A stretch of 64,000 nt of DNA from contig JBNJFB010000001.1 of NCBI GenBank assembly GCA_051746405.1, positions 118,335 through 182,334 on the forward strand, written 5' to 3'. Below, one piece after another: positions 8,992 to 19,439 of this stretch (the first letter of the stretch is position 1; the number at the start of each line of letters is the position of its first letter). A program made the position numbers and the translations under genes. The notes under the pieces were generated by a model. It was not told the origin of the DNA and made no database searches. It was given only the letters and a program-made list of their open reading frames with translations. This DNA is from Campylobacterota bacterium. Its GTDB lineage: Bacteria > Campylobacterota > Campylobacteria > Campylobacterales > Arcobacteraceae.

Positions 8992-9809
8992 CTTGCCATT
9001 ACGAACATTCCAAGTACCAATCCTAAAATTGCAGTATGGGCATTACCATAAACTCTAGCTGCTGGAAGTAACTCATCAAATGAAATGTATATCATAATTC
9101 CAGCTACAATACCAAACATTATACCAAGGGTTGCACCTTGCATTAAAGGTAGTAGTAAGAAAAAGCCTACAACTGCTCCTACAGGTTCAGAAAGTCCTGA
9201 GAGTGTTGCATATTTAAACGCTTTTCTTTTATCTCCTGTTGCATGATAGATAGGTAAAGACACAGCCATACCCTCTGGAATATTATGTATTGCAATTGCT
9301 AGGGCTATTGAAATACCAATAGTTATGTCATCTAAAGCTGATACAAAAGTCGCAAACCCTTCTGGAAAATTGTGAATACCAATTGCAAGAGCTGTAAAGA
9401 TACCAGTTCTTTTTAATGATGAGTTTTTTAAAACACTATTATGATTATTAGGTTTTAACTCTTGAAGCTCTTTATTGGACTTTGGTTCATGGGGATTTAC
9501 ATCTTTTGGTATCAAATTATCTATAATTGCACTAGCTATAATACCTGAAAAAAAACAAGAAAGAGCAATTGATTCACCTATGATAGTACTATCAAAAAGT
9601 AAACTAAAAGACTCTTTTGACTTTTGTAGAATCTCCATAAAAGATACATATATCATAACACCAGCTGAAAAACCCATTCCAAGGGATAATACCTTGTAGT
9701 TTTTCTCTTTTGAAAAAAATGCAAGTATAGCACCAATACTAGTGGAAAGTCCCGCAAAGAGAGTTAATCCAAAAGCTATCAAATATTGTTCATAGGTTAT
9801 ATCACCCAC
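8964..9809 (-). CDS. zupT: ZIP-family zinc transporter ZupT
   Basis: AIGIHNFPEG, AIAIHNIPEG, ISFDELLP. Confidence 0.92.
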   Translation of the reverse strand: MGDITYEQYLIAFGLTLFAGLSTSIGAILAFFSKEKNYKVLSLGMGFSAGVMIYVSFMEILQKSKESFSLLFDSTIIGESIALSCFFSGIIASAIIDNLIPKDVNPHEPKSNKELQELKPNNHNSVLKNSSLKRTGIFTALAIGIHNFPEGFATFVSALDDITIGISIALAIAIHNIPEGMAVSLPIYHATGDKRKAFKYATLSGLSEPVGAVVGFFLLLPLMQGATLGIMFGIVAGIMIYISFDELLPAARVYGNAHTAILGLVLGMFVMASSLIAFKLI

Positions 9810-9924
9810 AACTACTCTCCTTACTTATGTGACTTTATCAAATAGAAACTTTGAATAATAATATATTAATACACACAGTTTTAAAAAGGCTTTAAGTATA
9901 ACTGGCATATAATATCATAGTAAT

Positions 9925-9943
9925 TTGACCGACGGTCGGTCAA
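9925..9943. promoter_or_regulatory. Putative TetR operator
   Basis: Perfect inverted repeat TTGACCGAC-G-GTCGGTCAA just downstream of TATAAT (9908-9913) and upstream of tetR. Confidence 0.8.
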
Positions 9944-9973
9944 TATAAATTTGATTGTAACAAAAGGATATAA

Positions 9974-10576
9974 ATGAGTCGAAGAAAGGTTGACAAAGCT
10001 GAAAAAAGAAGGGAAGTTGCCTTTTCTTGTTATGACTTAATTCATGAAGTTGGTATGAAAAATATCACTGTAGCCCAAGTTGCTAAAACAGCTGGTATTG
10101 GTAAGGGTACTGTTTATGAGTATTTTGAAAACAAAGAGGATATTATTTTTGAGATTATAAATATTCATATAGAAAACTACCATAATCAATTTTTAGAGAC
10201 TATCAAAGAAGTAAAAACTACAAGGGAAAAAATAAGGCATTTTTTTAGATTTGTTTTAGACAATAGCCAAGAGAATTTAAAAAAATTTAATGGATATAAA
10301 GAGTATCTATCTGTTGTTTTATCTGATGAAAATAGTGCTATGAAAGATTTTAATTGTGATGCTAATGGCTTTTTTAAAAATGAGTTAAAAAAAGTTATCT
10401 TAGAAGGTGTAAATAATGGTGAACTAATTCCAGAAGCATTAGAGTTATCAGATGGACTTTTAGTTTTTGAAAAGGGTTTAGTTTTATTAAAAATGAGTGA
10501 AAATGATTATGATGTATATGAAGAGTTTAATAAGTTTATAAATACGATATTTAAATTAATAGAGGTGAAAAAATGA
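9974..10576 (+). CDS. TetR/AcrR-family regulator
   Basis: ITVAQVAKTAGIGKGTVYEYFENKEDI HTH. Confidence 0.93.
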   Translation: MSRRKVDKAEKRREVAFSCYDLIHEVGMKNITVAQVAKTAGIGKGTVYEYFENKEDIIFEIINIHIENYHNQFLETIKEVKTTREKIRHFFRFVLDNSQENLKKFNGYKEYLSVVLSDENSAMKDFNCDANGFFKNELKKVILEGVNNGELIPEALELSDGLLVFEKGLVLLKMSENDYDVYEEFNKFINTIFKLIEVKK

Positions 10577-10803
10577 TTCCACAAAAATTTAGAAATGTAG
10601 TATTTGCATTTTTTATGTCATTTTTAATGACTTTTATAATGAGTATGATAATTACATTAATTAACTTAGGCTTTGTAGATGATTTTTTTATTAAATGGTT
10701 TGAAGCATTTATAAAAGCTTTTGTATTTGCATTTCCAATAGTTTTTGTAGTTGCTCCAATAGTTCATAAATTAACAAATAAATTAATAATTAAGGAAAAA
10801 TAA
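10573..10803 (+). CDS. DUF2798-like small membrane protein
   Basis: FAFFMSFLMTFIMS...F..KW..AF..AF..AFP pattern; coupled to both neighbours. Confidence 0.7.
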   Translation: MIPQKFRNVVFAFFMSFLMTFIMSMIITLINLGFVDDFFIKWFEAFIKAFVFAFPIVFVVAPIVHKLTNKLIIKEK

Positions 10804-11855
10804 TGATAAGAAAAGTTTTATTACTAGTGGCATTTTTAAATATATATGCTTTTGCAATGGGTAAGGGCCCTTCTTTAGTAGAAACTGTTATTTTACAAAA
10901 GCAAGAGGTGAATCCACTGCAAGAGTTTGTGGGAACACTAAACTTTAATACAAAATCAACCCTAGCTGCACAAAATTCAGGTGCAATAAAAAACCTATAT
11001 TTTGAAGTTGGTGATGAGGTAAAAAAAGGTAAAATTTTAGTTCAAATTGATGATGATTTGCTAAATGCACAAATTAATGCAGCTATTGCAAATTTGGAAA
11101 ATGCAAAACAAAAAAGAGTTAATGCAACTAGAGATTTAAACAGATATAAAAAACTTTTGCAATCAAAATCAATAACACAAAAAGAGTTTGATGATGCACT
11201 ATTAGCTTCAAATACTGCAAATAGTAGTGTAAAAGCTTTAGAGGCTAAGCTAAAAGAGTTAAAAATCCAAAGGTATAAAAAAAGAGTTCAAGTTCCATTT
11301 AGCGGTGTAGTTGTTGAAAGATATGTTGATGTCGGTGAGTGGGTAAATGCAGGTAGCAAAATCGCAAAGGTAATTGATCCAAAGAGATTAAAAATAACTT
11401 TTAGTATTCCTTATTCAATTGTAAAAGGAATAAAAAAAGGTCAAGATTATGATATTAAAGTTGGTGATGAGTTTATAAAAGCAAAACTAAATGCAATTAT
11501 TCCAAGTGGAGATAAACTTACTAGAACATTTCCTGTTGAGTTTAAAGCAAAGGTTAAAGATAGTTTTGTATTTGATAATCAAGAAGCAACTGTAAAGCTA
11601 CCAAAAAATGCAAAAATGATGGCTTTAGTATTGCCAAGGGATGCGGTTATTAAAAGATTTAATAAAAGAGTAGTATTTGAAGTAACAAAGGATAATACAG
11701 CCAAAATGATTCCTGTACAAATTATAGGTTTTATGGGAAAAAAAGTTGCAGTACAAAGTCCTATTCTAAAAGAGGGAATGCAAATAGTTGAAAAGGGAAA
11801 TGAAAGAGTATTTCCTAAATCTAAAGTAAAAGTTATAAACAAGCAAAAAGATTAG
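10803..11855 (+). CDS. RND efflux periplasmic adaptor (MFP)
   Basis: Lipoyl halves VGDEVKKGKIL and PFSGVV...VGEWV, coiled coil, TRTF. Confidence 0.92.
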   Translation: MIRKVLLLVAFLNIYAFAMGKGPSLVETVILQKQEVNPLQEFVGTLNFNTKSTLAAQNSGAIKNLYFEVGDEVKKGKILVQIDDDLLNAQINAAIANLENAKQKRVNATRDLNRYKKLLQSKSITQKEFDDALLASNTANSSVKALEAKLKELKIQRYKKRVQVPFSGVVVERYVDVGEWVNAGSKIAKVIDPKRLKITFSIPYSIVKGIKKGQDYDIKVGDEFIKAKLNAIIPSGDKLTRTFPVEFKAKVKDSFVFDNQEATVKLPKNAKMMALVLPRDAVIKRFNKRVVFEVTKDNTAKMIPVQIIGFMGKKVAVQSPILKEGMQIVEKGNERVFPKSKVKVINKQKD

Positions 11856-11863
11856 GAGAATAG

Positions 11864-14800
11864 ATGGATTTAATTAAATTTTCCATAAAAAACCCTGTAA
11901 CTATTATAGTATCTGTTTTAATAGTACTTATTTTTGGTTTCATATCATTAAATAATTTACCATATCAATTAACCCCATCAGTTACAAAGCCAGAGATTAA
12001 AGTTACTACAGTTTGGCCAGGTGCAACTCCCTATGAGATTGAAAGAGAGATTATTGAAGAGCAAGAAGACGCCTTAAAGAGCTTAAATAATTTAATTGAG
12101 TATGAGTCCTCTTCAAAAGATAATTCAGGTGAGATTACATTAACTTTTAAATTAGGTACAGATTTAAGAGCAGCACTTCAAGATGTAACAAATAAATTAA
12201 ATGAGGTTAGTTCCTATCCAAGTAATGCCGAAGAACCTGTAATAGAAACAGCTAGTGCTAGTCCTGTTATTTGGATGATGTTACAAACTTTAGAAGATAA
12301 CGAACGTCATGTGGATGAGTATAAAACATATTTTGATAATGAAATAAAACCAGTTATTAAAAGAGTAAGTGGTGTAGCTGGGACTATGAGTGGTGGTGGT
12401 CGAGACCAAGAGATGCAAATAGAGTTTGATACTACTAAGTTAGCTTCATATGGACTAACTGTTTCACAAGTTATAAATACACTTCAAAGTGAGAATGTTG
12501 ATGTATCAGCTGGTATTCAAAATCTTGATAGAAGAGCTTATAGAATTAGAACTGTAAGTAAATTTGGCTCAAAAGAGGATATAGAAAATGTAATCTTAAT
12601 CTCAAATAGAGAGCAAAGAGTAAAGGTAAAAGATGTAGCAAAAGTAGGTTTTGGATATGAAACACCAAAAACTGTTGCAATGTTTTTAGGAAAAGATGGT
12701 ATTTTTCTAGGTGTTCAGCCAAGTTCGGATGCAAATGTTGTAAAGCTTACAAATGATGTGGAGAAAGTTGTAAATGAGTTAAATGAAAATGTTTTAAACA
12801 AACAGGGATTAAAACTTCATTGGCTTTATGACCAAAGACCATATATCGTAGGTTCTGTTGATTTAGTTCAACAAAACATTATGATAGGTGGTGTTTTAGC
12901 AATTATTATTTTAATCACTTTTTTAAGAAGTATTTCTCCAACAGCTGTTGTATCTGTTGCTATTCCAATTTCAATTATTGGTACATTTATTATTCTTCAA
13001 GCTATGGGTAGAAGTTTAAATACTATTTCATTAGCAGGTATATCCTTTGCTGTTGGTATGCTAATTGATTCTGCAATTGTTGTTTTAGAAAATATTGATA
13101 GGCATAGAAAAAATGGTGCTAGTATTGGTGAAGCTGCATATAAGGGTACTAGTGAAGTGTGGGGTGCATTAATTGCAAGTGCTTCTACAACAGTTGCTGT
13201 ATTTTTACCTATTATTTTCTTAGAAGATGAAGCTGGACAGCTATTTAAAGATATAGCTATTGCTGTTACATCGGCTGTTTCATTTTCACTGTTTGTATCA
13301 ATTGCAGTTATTCCTATGCTTTGGAAGAAGTTTGCATCCATATCAAAAAAAGAGCCAAAAAAACAAGGAGCTATTGCAAAGTTTGGTCTAAAGCTTGTGG
13401 ACTTTATAATGTCAATAGTAGAGTTCTCACTTAAAAACTTATATACAAAAATAGCTACAATTTTATTGCTTGTATCTTTATCTGTGGGAACTATTTATAC
13501 TCTTTTCCCAAAATTAAACTATTTGCCACATGGAAATAAGAATCTTATTTTTAATATCTTGATTACACCTCCTGGAATGTCCTATGAAGAGAGATATGAT
13601 ATGGGGTCTTATTTGATGAAAGAGATAGAACCACATGTAAATAAAGATGTGGGAGATATCCCAGGAATAAGTAGGGCATTTTTTGTCTCTTTTGGTGACT
13701 TTAATCTGTTTGGTGGAACATCCATGTATGAAGATAGGGCAAAGGAGTTGATTCCTATGTTTAGACCTTTAGTTAACTCTATGCCATCTGTTTTTGGTGT
13801 TTCACTCCAATCAGGTGTATTTGAAAATGGAATAGGTGAGGGTAATACTGTAAATATTGACATAAGTGGAGAAAAGATTGAGGATATTGCAAATGTAGGT
13901 GGTACTTTAATGGGTGCAACTATGCAAGCTTTAAGTGGAAGTCAGGTGAGACCTGTACCATCTGTAGAGTTACTTTATCCAGAAGTTAGAATATATCCAA
14001 ATCAAGATGCACTAAAAGCATTAGGAATGAGTTCAAGAGATTTAGGAATAGCAATTGATGTATTGATGGATGGTAGAATAATAGGTGATTATGAAGAGGA
14101 TGGAAAGAAAAAGATTGATTTGGTATTAAAAGCTAATGATGAGTTTATACAAACACCACAAGATATTCTAGCTTCACAAATTGCTTTGCCAAATCAAGCT
14201 TTAGTTCCCGTATCTTCACTTGCAAGTTATAACTCAACTACAGGTATTAGTGAAATTAGACACCTTGATGGGGAGAGAACTATTACTCTTCAAGTTACTC
14301 CACCTGATGGTATGACTATTGATGAGGCTATGAAAACTATTGGTGGGATGCTTGAACAAGTAAAACAAAAAGGTTCTATTAAAGATAGTGTGGAGATTAA
14401 TCTATCAGGTACAGCTGATAAATTAACACATACTATAGGATTGCTACTTGGAAACTTTATTTTAGCATTAGTAATAGTTTATTTACTTATGTCTGCACTA
14501 TTTGGAAACTTTATCTATCCAATAGTTATTATGTTTACAGTTCCACTAGCAACAGCAGGTGGGTTTATTGGTTTAGCACTTACAAATAAATTTATAGCCC
14601 CTCAGCCACTTGATATCTTAACAATGTTAGGATTTATTATACTTGTTGGTATTGTTGTAAATAATGCAATTTTAATAGTTCACCAAAGTTTGAATTTTAT
14701 TAAAAACCATGGGATGGAGCATAAAAAAGCTGTTATTGAAGCTACAAGAACAAGAATAAGACCTATTTATATGAGTTCTTTAACTTCAATCTTTGGTATG

Positions 14801-14989
14801 CTACCATTGGTTTTAATACCAGGTCCAGGAAGTGAATTTTATAGAGGGTTAGGTTCTGTTATTACAGGTGGATTAGCACTATCCACGATATTTACAATTT
14901 TTGTTACACCTGCAATATTGATGTTTTTTATAAGATTAGAGCAGGGTGTAAAAAAGATTAAAAAACCAGTTGATTTAAGTAAAGCATAA
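11864..14989 (+). CDS. RND efflux permease (AcrB family)
   Basis: 1041 aa; GMLIDSAIVVLENI, GIVVNNAIL, RIRPIYM. Confidence 0.95.
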   Translation: MDLIKFSIKNPVTIIVSVLIVLIFGFISLNNLPYQLTPSVTKPEIKVTTVWPGATPYEIEREIIEEQEDALKSLNNLIEYESSSKDNSGEITLTFKLGTDLRAALQDVTNKLNEVSSYPSNAEEPVIETASASPVIWMMLQTLEDNERHVDEYKTYFDNEIKPVIKRVSGVAGTMSGGGRDQEMQIEFDTTKLASYGLTVSQVINTLQSENVDVSAGIQNLDRRAYRIRTVSKFGSKEDIENVILISNREQRVKVKDVAKVGFGYETPKTVAMFLGKDGIFLGVQPSSDANVVKLTNDVEKVVNELNENVLNKQGLKLHWLYDQRPYIVGSVDLVQQNIMIGGVLAIIILITFLRSISPTAVVSVAIPISIIGTFIILQAMGRSLNTISLAGISFAVGMLIDSAIVVLENIDRHRKNGASIGEAAYKGTSEVWGALIASASTTVAVFLPIIFLEDEAGQLFKDIAIAVTSAVSFSLFVSIAVIPMLWKKFASISKKEPKKQGAIAKFGLKLVDFIMSIVEFSLKNLYTKIATILLLVSLSVGTIYTLFPKLNYLPHGNKNLIFNILITPPGMSYEERYDMGSYLMKEIEPHVNKDVGDIPGISRAFFVSFGDFNLFGGTSMYEDRAKELIPMFRPLVNSMPSVFGVSLQSGVFENGIGEGNTVNIDISGEKIEDIANVGGTLMGATMQALSGSQVRPVPSVELLYPEVRIYPNQDALKALGMSSRDLGIAIDVLMDGRIIGDYEEDGKKKIDLVLKANDEFIQTPQDILASQIALPNQALVPVSSLASYNSTTGISEIRHLDGERTITLQVTPPDGMTIDEAMKTIGGMLEQVKQKGSIKDSVEINLSGTADKLTHTIGLLLGNFILALVIVYLLMSALFGNFIYPIVIMFTVPLATAGGFIGLALTNKFIAPQPLDILTMLGFIILVGIVVNNAILIVHQSLNFIKNHGMEHKKAVIEATRTRIRPIYMSSLTSIFGMLPLVLIPGPGSEFYRGLGSVITGGLALSTIFTIFVTPAILMFFIRLEQGVKKIKKPVDLSKA

Positions 14990-15001
14990 GGAAATAATAA
15001 A

Positions 15002-16261
15002 ATGAAAAGATTAGTAAAAAAAGTTTTACAAGTATCGCTAGTAGCAACAACTTTGCTTACTAGTGCTACTGCTTTAAACTTAAAAGAGGCTGTTGATTTA
15101 GCTTTAAAAAATAACCATAGTTTAAAAGCTAAAAATTTTGATTATGAAAAATCTATGAAAAATGTAGATTTAGAAGAGTCAAGCTATTTGCCAAAAGTTG
15201 ATGTAGAATATAATTATAATAAAAGAGATAATGCCTTACCAAATCAGTTAAAAGAGGACGGAACATTAAGTGCAAATGTTACCTATAATCTATTTAATGG
15301 ATTTAAGGATGTCTCTAATATAAAATCATCTGAATATCTTTCAAAATCTTCAAGATTTTTACTTGATGCATTGAGATTTGATATAGTTTTGGAAACAAAA
15401 AAAGCTTATATAAACTATTTGGATAAATTTAATCTATTGAAAACATACAAAAGTGAATATTTACTTTTTAAAAATCAATATAAGGATGCAAAAAGCAGAT
15501 ACGAACAAGGACTTTTAGCTAAAAATGATCTATTAGAAGTGCAAGTTAATATGTCAAGTGCAAAACAAAATATAGTAAAAGCAAAAGCTGCTTTAAAAGT
15601 TGCCAAGTTGCAATTATCAAATATTATAGGTGGAGTTGATTTATTAGATGAGAATATAGAAGCTTTAAATGTAACAGATATTAAAAGATTAGATTATAAG
15701 AGTTTAGATTTTGAGAATAGAAGTGAAATTAAAGCACTAAAAATGAGTATCGAATCAATAGTAAAACAAAAAGATGCAGCAAGAGGCTCATACTATCCAA
15801 AGTTAGATGCAAAACTTTCACATAATGAGTATTATGATAACTTAGGGCTAAGTAAAATTGATGAAGATGTCGATAATCAAAATATTGCAACTTTAAATGC
15901 AAGCTGGAATCTATATAACGGGGGTGCTGATTTAACAAAAATTGCTATGCTAAATACTGATTTGTTAAAACTAAAAACACAACTACAAGAGACAAAGCTA
16001 AATATTAAGCTTCAATATGAGGATGCAAAAGCAGCTTTTGAAGTTGCAACTGATAACTTAATCACTGCAAAATTAGCATTAAGTCAAGCAAAAGAGAACT
16101 ATAGTATTGTTCAAAATAGATTTAAAGAGGGTGTATCTACAAGTACTGATTTAATTGATGCAAACTTTTTATTATCATCTGCAAAGCAGAAGTACAATAG
16201 AGCTTATTTTGATAAGTTCTTAGCAATAGCTACACTAAATAGAATATTTGAAATAGATTAA
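15002..16261 (+). CDS. TolC-family outer membrane efflux protein
   Basis: Signal peptide, LKEAVDLALKNN, two repeats YLPKV/YYPKL with RYEQG/RFKEG. Confidence 0.92.
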   Translation: MKRLVKKVLQVSLVATTLLTSATALNLKEAVDLALKNNHSLKAKNFDYEKSMKNVDLEESSYLPKVDVEYNYNKRDNALPNQLKEDGTLSANVTYNLFNGFKDVSNIKSSEYLSKSSRFLLDALRFDIVLETKKAYINYLDKFNLLKTYKSEYLLFKNQYKDAKSRYEQGLLAKNDLLEVQVNMSSAKQNIVKAKAALKVAKLQLSNIIGGVDLLDENIEALNVTDIKRLDYKSLDFENRSEIKALKMSIESIVKQKDAARGSYYPKLDAKLSHNEYYDNLGLSKIDEDVDNQNIATLNASWNLYNGGADLTKIAMLNTDLLKLKTQLQETKLNIKLQYEDAKAAFEVATDNLITAKLALSQAKENYSIVQNRFKEGVSTSTDLIDANFLLSSAKQKYNRAYFDKFLAIATLNRIFEID

Positions 16262-16291
16262 AAAAAGTGCATTATTGCACTTTTTTTAATC
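16256..16291. terminator. Bidirectional intrinsic terminator
   Basis: GATTAAAAAAAGTGCA-ttat-TGCACTTTTTTTAATC between convergent genes. Confidence 0.85.
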
Positions 16292-16438
16292 AAAATATTT
16301 AAAGTCATCATCTTCACTACCATCTTTTTTTCTACTTTTAAACTTCCACATTGTTTTAAAGTACTTGATTGATTGAAAAGATAGAAAAAGAGCAATAATA
16401 AACATGATAAAATAAAATATTACTATAATTATTTCCAT
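16286..16438 (-). CDS. 50-aa single-TM small protein, not in the ORF track
   Basis: MEIIIVIFYFIMFIIALFLSFQSIKYFKTMWKFKSRKKDGSEDDDFKYFD; AAGG RBS; follows the 16452-16706 ORF. Confidence 0.65.
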   Translation of the reverse strand: MEIIIVIFYFIMFIIALFLSFQSIKYFKTMWKFKSRKKDGSEDDDFKYFD

Positions 16439-16451
16439 ATTCTACACCTTT

Positions 16452-16706
16452 TTAGTCATTAGATATACCTTTAAAAACATCAAACCATTTAAGCTCAGAT
16501 GGTACATCTTTAGCAGGTTTACTATCACCTTCTTTAGGTGCACCAAAGTTATTATCACCTGTTGTTCTTAATTTATTTTCATTAAAAGAGTAACTATCAC
16601 TTGAACGTGTAACTAATATAGCTATAAAAACTAGTATTGTTATACCAACCAAGATTTTAAAAATTATATCTGATATTGAGCTTTCTTTTTTATTTTTAGT
16701 TGCCAT
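16452..16706 (-). CDS. Small single-TM hypothetical protein
   Basis: 84-aa ORF with AGGA RBS and one hydrophobic helix. Confidence 0.7.
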   Translation of the reverse strand: MATKNKKESSISDIIFKILVGITILVFIAILVTRSSDSYSFNENKLRTTGDNNFGAPKEGDSKPAKDVPSELKWFDVFKGISND

Positions 16707-16829
16707 ATTAAATCCTAGTTATATATATTTACATTCTTACATATTTGTATTTAAGATAATATTATAAGATTGATTTTTAATTTAGTTATACACAGTATAA
16801 TTAACTTTTGATATTAAGGAGTATAGATA

Positions 16830-17432
16830 ATGGATTATAAAAAGTTTGCTGATTTTTCCCCTTGTGATTATGCAGGTCCTTTAAAAAGAGAGAGTTTTAT
16901 GGATATAGGAATTAAACAGTTGTGGTCAAATATTCCAAGAGTATCAGGTCCTGCATTTACTGTTGAAATGGTTGCTGGTGAAAACTTGAGCTTACATAGG
17001 GCAATTTATGAAGCTCCAGTTGGCTCTATTATTGTAGCACAATCAAATACAGTGGATTATTCAGTTATTGGTGGAAATGTTACTGCAATTGCACAAAAAA
17101 GAGGGATTGCTGGTTTTGTCATTGATGGAACGGTAAGAGATATAGGTGAAATAAGAGAGCTTAAAATGCCAATGTTTGGAAGAGGTGTTTTACCAATGCC
17201 AGGAGGTAAAAAAAATGCAGTTCCTGTAAATGTTCCTATAACTGCAGGTGGTATTGCTGTAAATCCTGGTGATATTATTGTTGCTGATGAAGAGGGAGTT
17301 GCTGTTATTCCTCAAGACAAAGCTTTAGAAGTATATGATAAAACAAAAGAAAAAATGGAAAAAGAAGCGAAAATGGGGTTTGAAAAGTGGGCACAAAATC
17401 ATAAAAAGAGAATTGACTCTTTTTATAACTAA
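16830..17432 (+). CDS. RraA/HMG aldolase family protein
   Basis: GPAFTV, GG..TAIAQKRGIAGFVIDGTVRD, VNPGDIIVADEEGV. Confidence 0.9.
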   Translation: MDYKKFADFSPCDYAGPLKRESFMDIGIKQLWSNIPRVSGPAFTVEMVAGENLSLHRAIYEAPVGSIIVAQSNTVDYSVIGGNVTAIAQKRGIAGFVIDGTVRDIGEIRELKMPMFGRGVLPMPGGKKNAVPVNVPITAGGIAVNPGDIIVADEEGVAVIPQDKALEVYDKTKEKMEKEAKMGFEKWAQNHKKRIDSFYN

Positions 17433-17443
17433 TAAATAGGGGG

Positions 17444-17471
17444 TTTAGAATAAGTCAAAACTTATTCTAAA
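17444..17471. terminator. Hairpin between convergent rraA-like gene and suf operon
   Basis: TTTAGAATAAGT-caaa-ACTTATTCTAAA. Confidence 0.7.
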
Positions 17472-17811
17472 TCATTGCTCCAGATGCAGCCATAATTTCA
17501 TATCCCTCTTCAGTCATTTTCTCTTTTGACCATGGGGGATTAAAAGTAAGATTTACTGCAACTTCATCCACTTCAGGCACGGCTAAAGTTACATATTTAA
17601 CTTGTTCTACTAAGCTTTCAGCAACTGGACAAGCTGGACTTGTAAGTGTCATTAGTACATCACAGTGTAAGTAATTCTCTTTTTCTTGAAAACTTATTTC
17701 ATATATTAATCCTAAATCATATACATTTACAGGTATTTCGGGGTCAAATACACCCTTTAAGTTTTTTATTATTTTTTGTTCTATTTCTTCTTTATTCTCT
17801 ATTAAAGCCAT
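17467..17811 (-). CDS. sufT: DUF59 Fe-S assembly protein (SufT/PaaD-like)
   Basis: DPEIPVNVYDLGLIY, MTLTSPACPVA, FNPPW. Confidence 0.85.
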   Translation of the reverse strand: MALIENKEEIEQKIIKNLKGVFDPEIPVNVYDLGLIYEISFQEKENYLHCDVLMTLTSPACPVAESLVEQVKYVTLAVPEVDEVAVNLTFNPPWSKEKMTEEGYEIMAASGAMI

Positions 17812-17831
17812 ATTTTATCCTTATGCTTTAT

Positions 17832-18239
17832 TTACAAATTTATTGCATACTCTTTTATTTTTTTAATCATTCCAATTATTCCACTTTGTCTATTTGGTGT
17901 AATTACTTCTGAAAGATTTAGTTCATGTATAATATCCATATCCACATCTTTTAACTCTTGTATAGTTGCACCTGAGAATATTTTTAAAATCATATAAACT
18001 AAACCTTTTACAATAATAGCATCAGATGTACCATAGAAATATAATCTATCATTTTCTTGTTTTGCTATTAACCAAACTTGAGAAGTACAACCATGAACTA
18101 AATTTTCAGGAGTTTTATATTTCTCATCTAGTGGTTCTAGTTTTTTTCCTAAATCTATTATAAAATCATACTTTTGTAGTTCATCTTCAAAAAACTCTAA
18201 ATCATCTTTAAAATCTTCTACTCTTTGTTCTATACTCAT
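17832..18239 (-). CDS. sufE: Fe-S assembly sulfur acceptor SufE
   Basis: VHGCTSQVWL, SDAIIVKGL, TPNRQSG. Confidence 0.93.
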   Translation of the reverse strand: MSIEQRVEDFKDDLEFFEDELQKYDFIIDLGKKLEPLDEKYKTPENLVHGCTSQVWLIAKQENDRLYFYGTSDAIIVKGLVYMILKIFSGATIQELKDVDMDIIHELNLSEVITPNRQSGIIGMIKKIKEYAINL

Positions 18240-18254
18240 ATTTCTATTCCTATA

Positions 18255-19439
18255 TTAATCTTTTAACATGCTAATTGCTTTTTTTAGTGCTTTTATTAGT
18301 GCATCCACGTCATTATAATCATTGTAAAATGCTATTGATACTCTTATTGTACCTTTTATTCCTAACTTTTTCATAATAGGTTGAGCACAGTGATGTCCTA
18401 CTCTTAAAGCTATTTTCATTTTATCAACTAAAATACCAATATCATCATGCATAATACCTTTTATATTAAAACTTCTACTTCCAATAGAGTTTTCAATATC
18501 GTTGTAAAATTCAATATCAGGTATCTTTTTTAATTCATCATCAAGATATTTAAATACATCATTTTCAATAGCCTCAATATTTTCATAGCCAACTAAGTCT
18601 ATGTAGTCTAAAGCCTCTTTAAAGCCAATTATTCCAGCAATATTTTGAGTACCTGCTTCAAATTTATAAGGTGAGTCTAGAAGTGTTGATTTATCAAATG
18701 TAACTTCATCAATTGTAGCTCCACCTGTTTGGTAAGTATTTAAATCTTTTAAAAGCTCTTTTTTTATATAAATAGCACCAACACCTGTTGGTCCAAAAGT
18801 TTTATGTGATGAAACTACAAAAATATCAACATCTAAATCTTGCATATCAACTCTCATATGAGCTAAACTTTGAGCACCATCAATCATCACTGTTGCATTG
18901 TATTTATGAGCAAGTGTTGTAATAGCTTTTATATCATGAATTTTTCCAAATGCATTTGATATATGTGTTATAGATACAAAAGCATTTGGATTTTCTTTTA
19001 AAAGATTTTCAAAATCCTCAAAATCAAAATCCAAATTATTATTGCATTTTACAACTTCAAGACCATTATTTAAACTTCTTCCTTGCATATGCCATGGAAC
19101 AATATTTGAGTGATGCTCTAGTGATGAGATAATAACAGTTTTAAAATCTTTTGCATAAGATGATGCTATAAAGTTAATAGACTCACTAACACCTTTTGTG
19201 AAAATAATCTCTTCATTAGCAGAAGCATTAATAAACTCTTTTATCTTCTTTCTTGCATCTTCAAATTTTAAAGTTGCTTTATTTGCATGACCAAAATTAC
19301 TTCTGTGTACATTTGAACAGTAGTGTTCATAATACTCTATTTGAGAGTTTACCACAGCTTTTGGCTTTTGAGTTGTAGATGCATTATCTAAATATATAAT
19401 ATCACTATTTTCAAAATATGCAAAATCTTTTTTAAACAT
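18255..19439 (-). CDS. sufS: Cysteine desulfurase SufS
   Basis: YLDNASTTQKP, EHHSN, SSHK, RVGHHCAQP; start set at ATG 19439 (MFKKDF) after GGGA. Confidence 0.93.
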   Translation of the reverse strand: MFKKDFAYFENSDIIYLDNASTTQKPKAVVNSQIEYYEHYCSNVHRSNFGHANKATLKFEDARKKIKEFINASANEEIIFTKGVSESINFIASSYAKDFKTVIISSLEHHSNIVPWHMQGRSLNNGLEVVKCNNNLDFDFEDFENLLKENPNAFVSITHISNAFGKIHDIKAITTLAHKYNATVMIDGAQSLAHMRVDMQDLDVDIFVVSSHKTFGPTGVGAIYIKKELLKDLNTYQTGGATIDEVTFDKSTLLDSPYKFEAGTQNIAGIIGFKEALDYIDLVGYENIEAIENDVFKYLDDELKKIPDIEFYNDIENSIGSRSFNIKGIMHDDIGILVDKMKIALRVGHHCAQPIMKKLGIKGTIRVSIAFYNDYNDVDALIKALKKAISMLKD

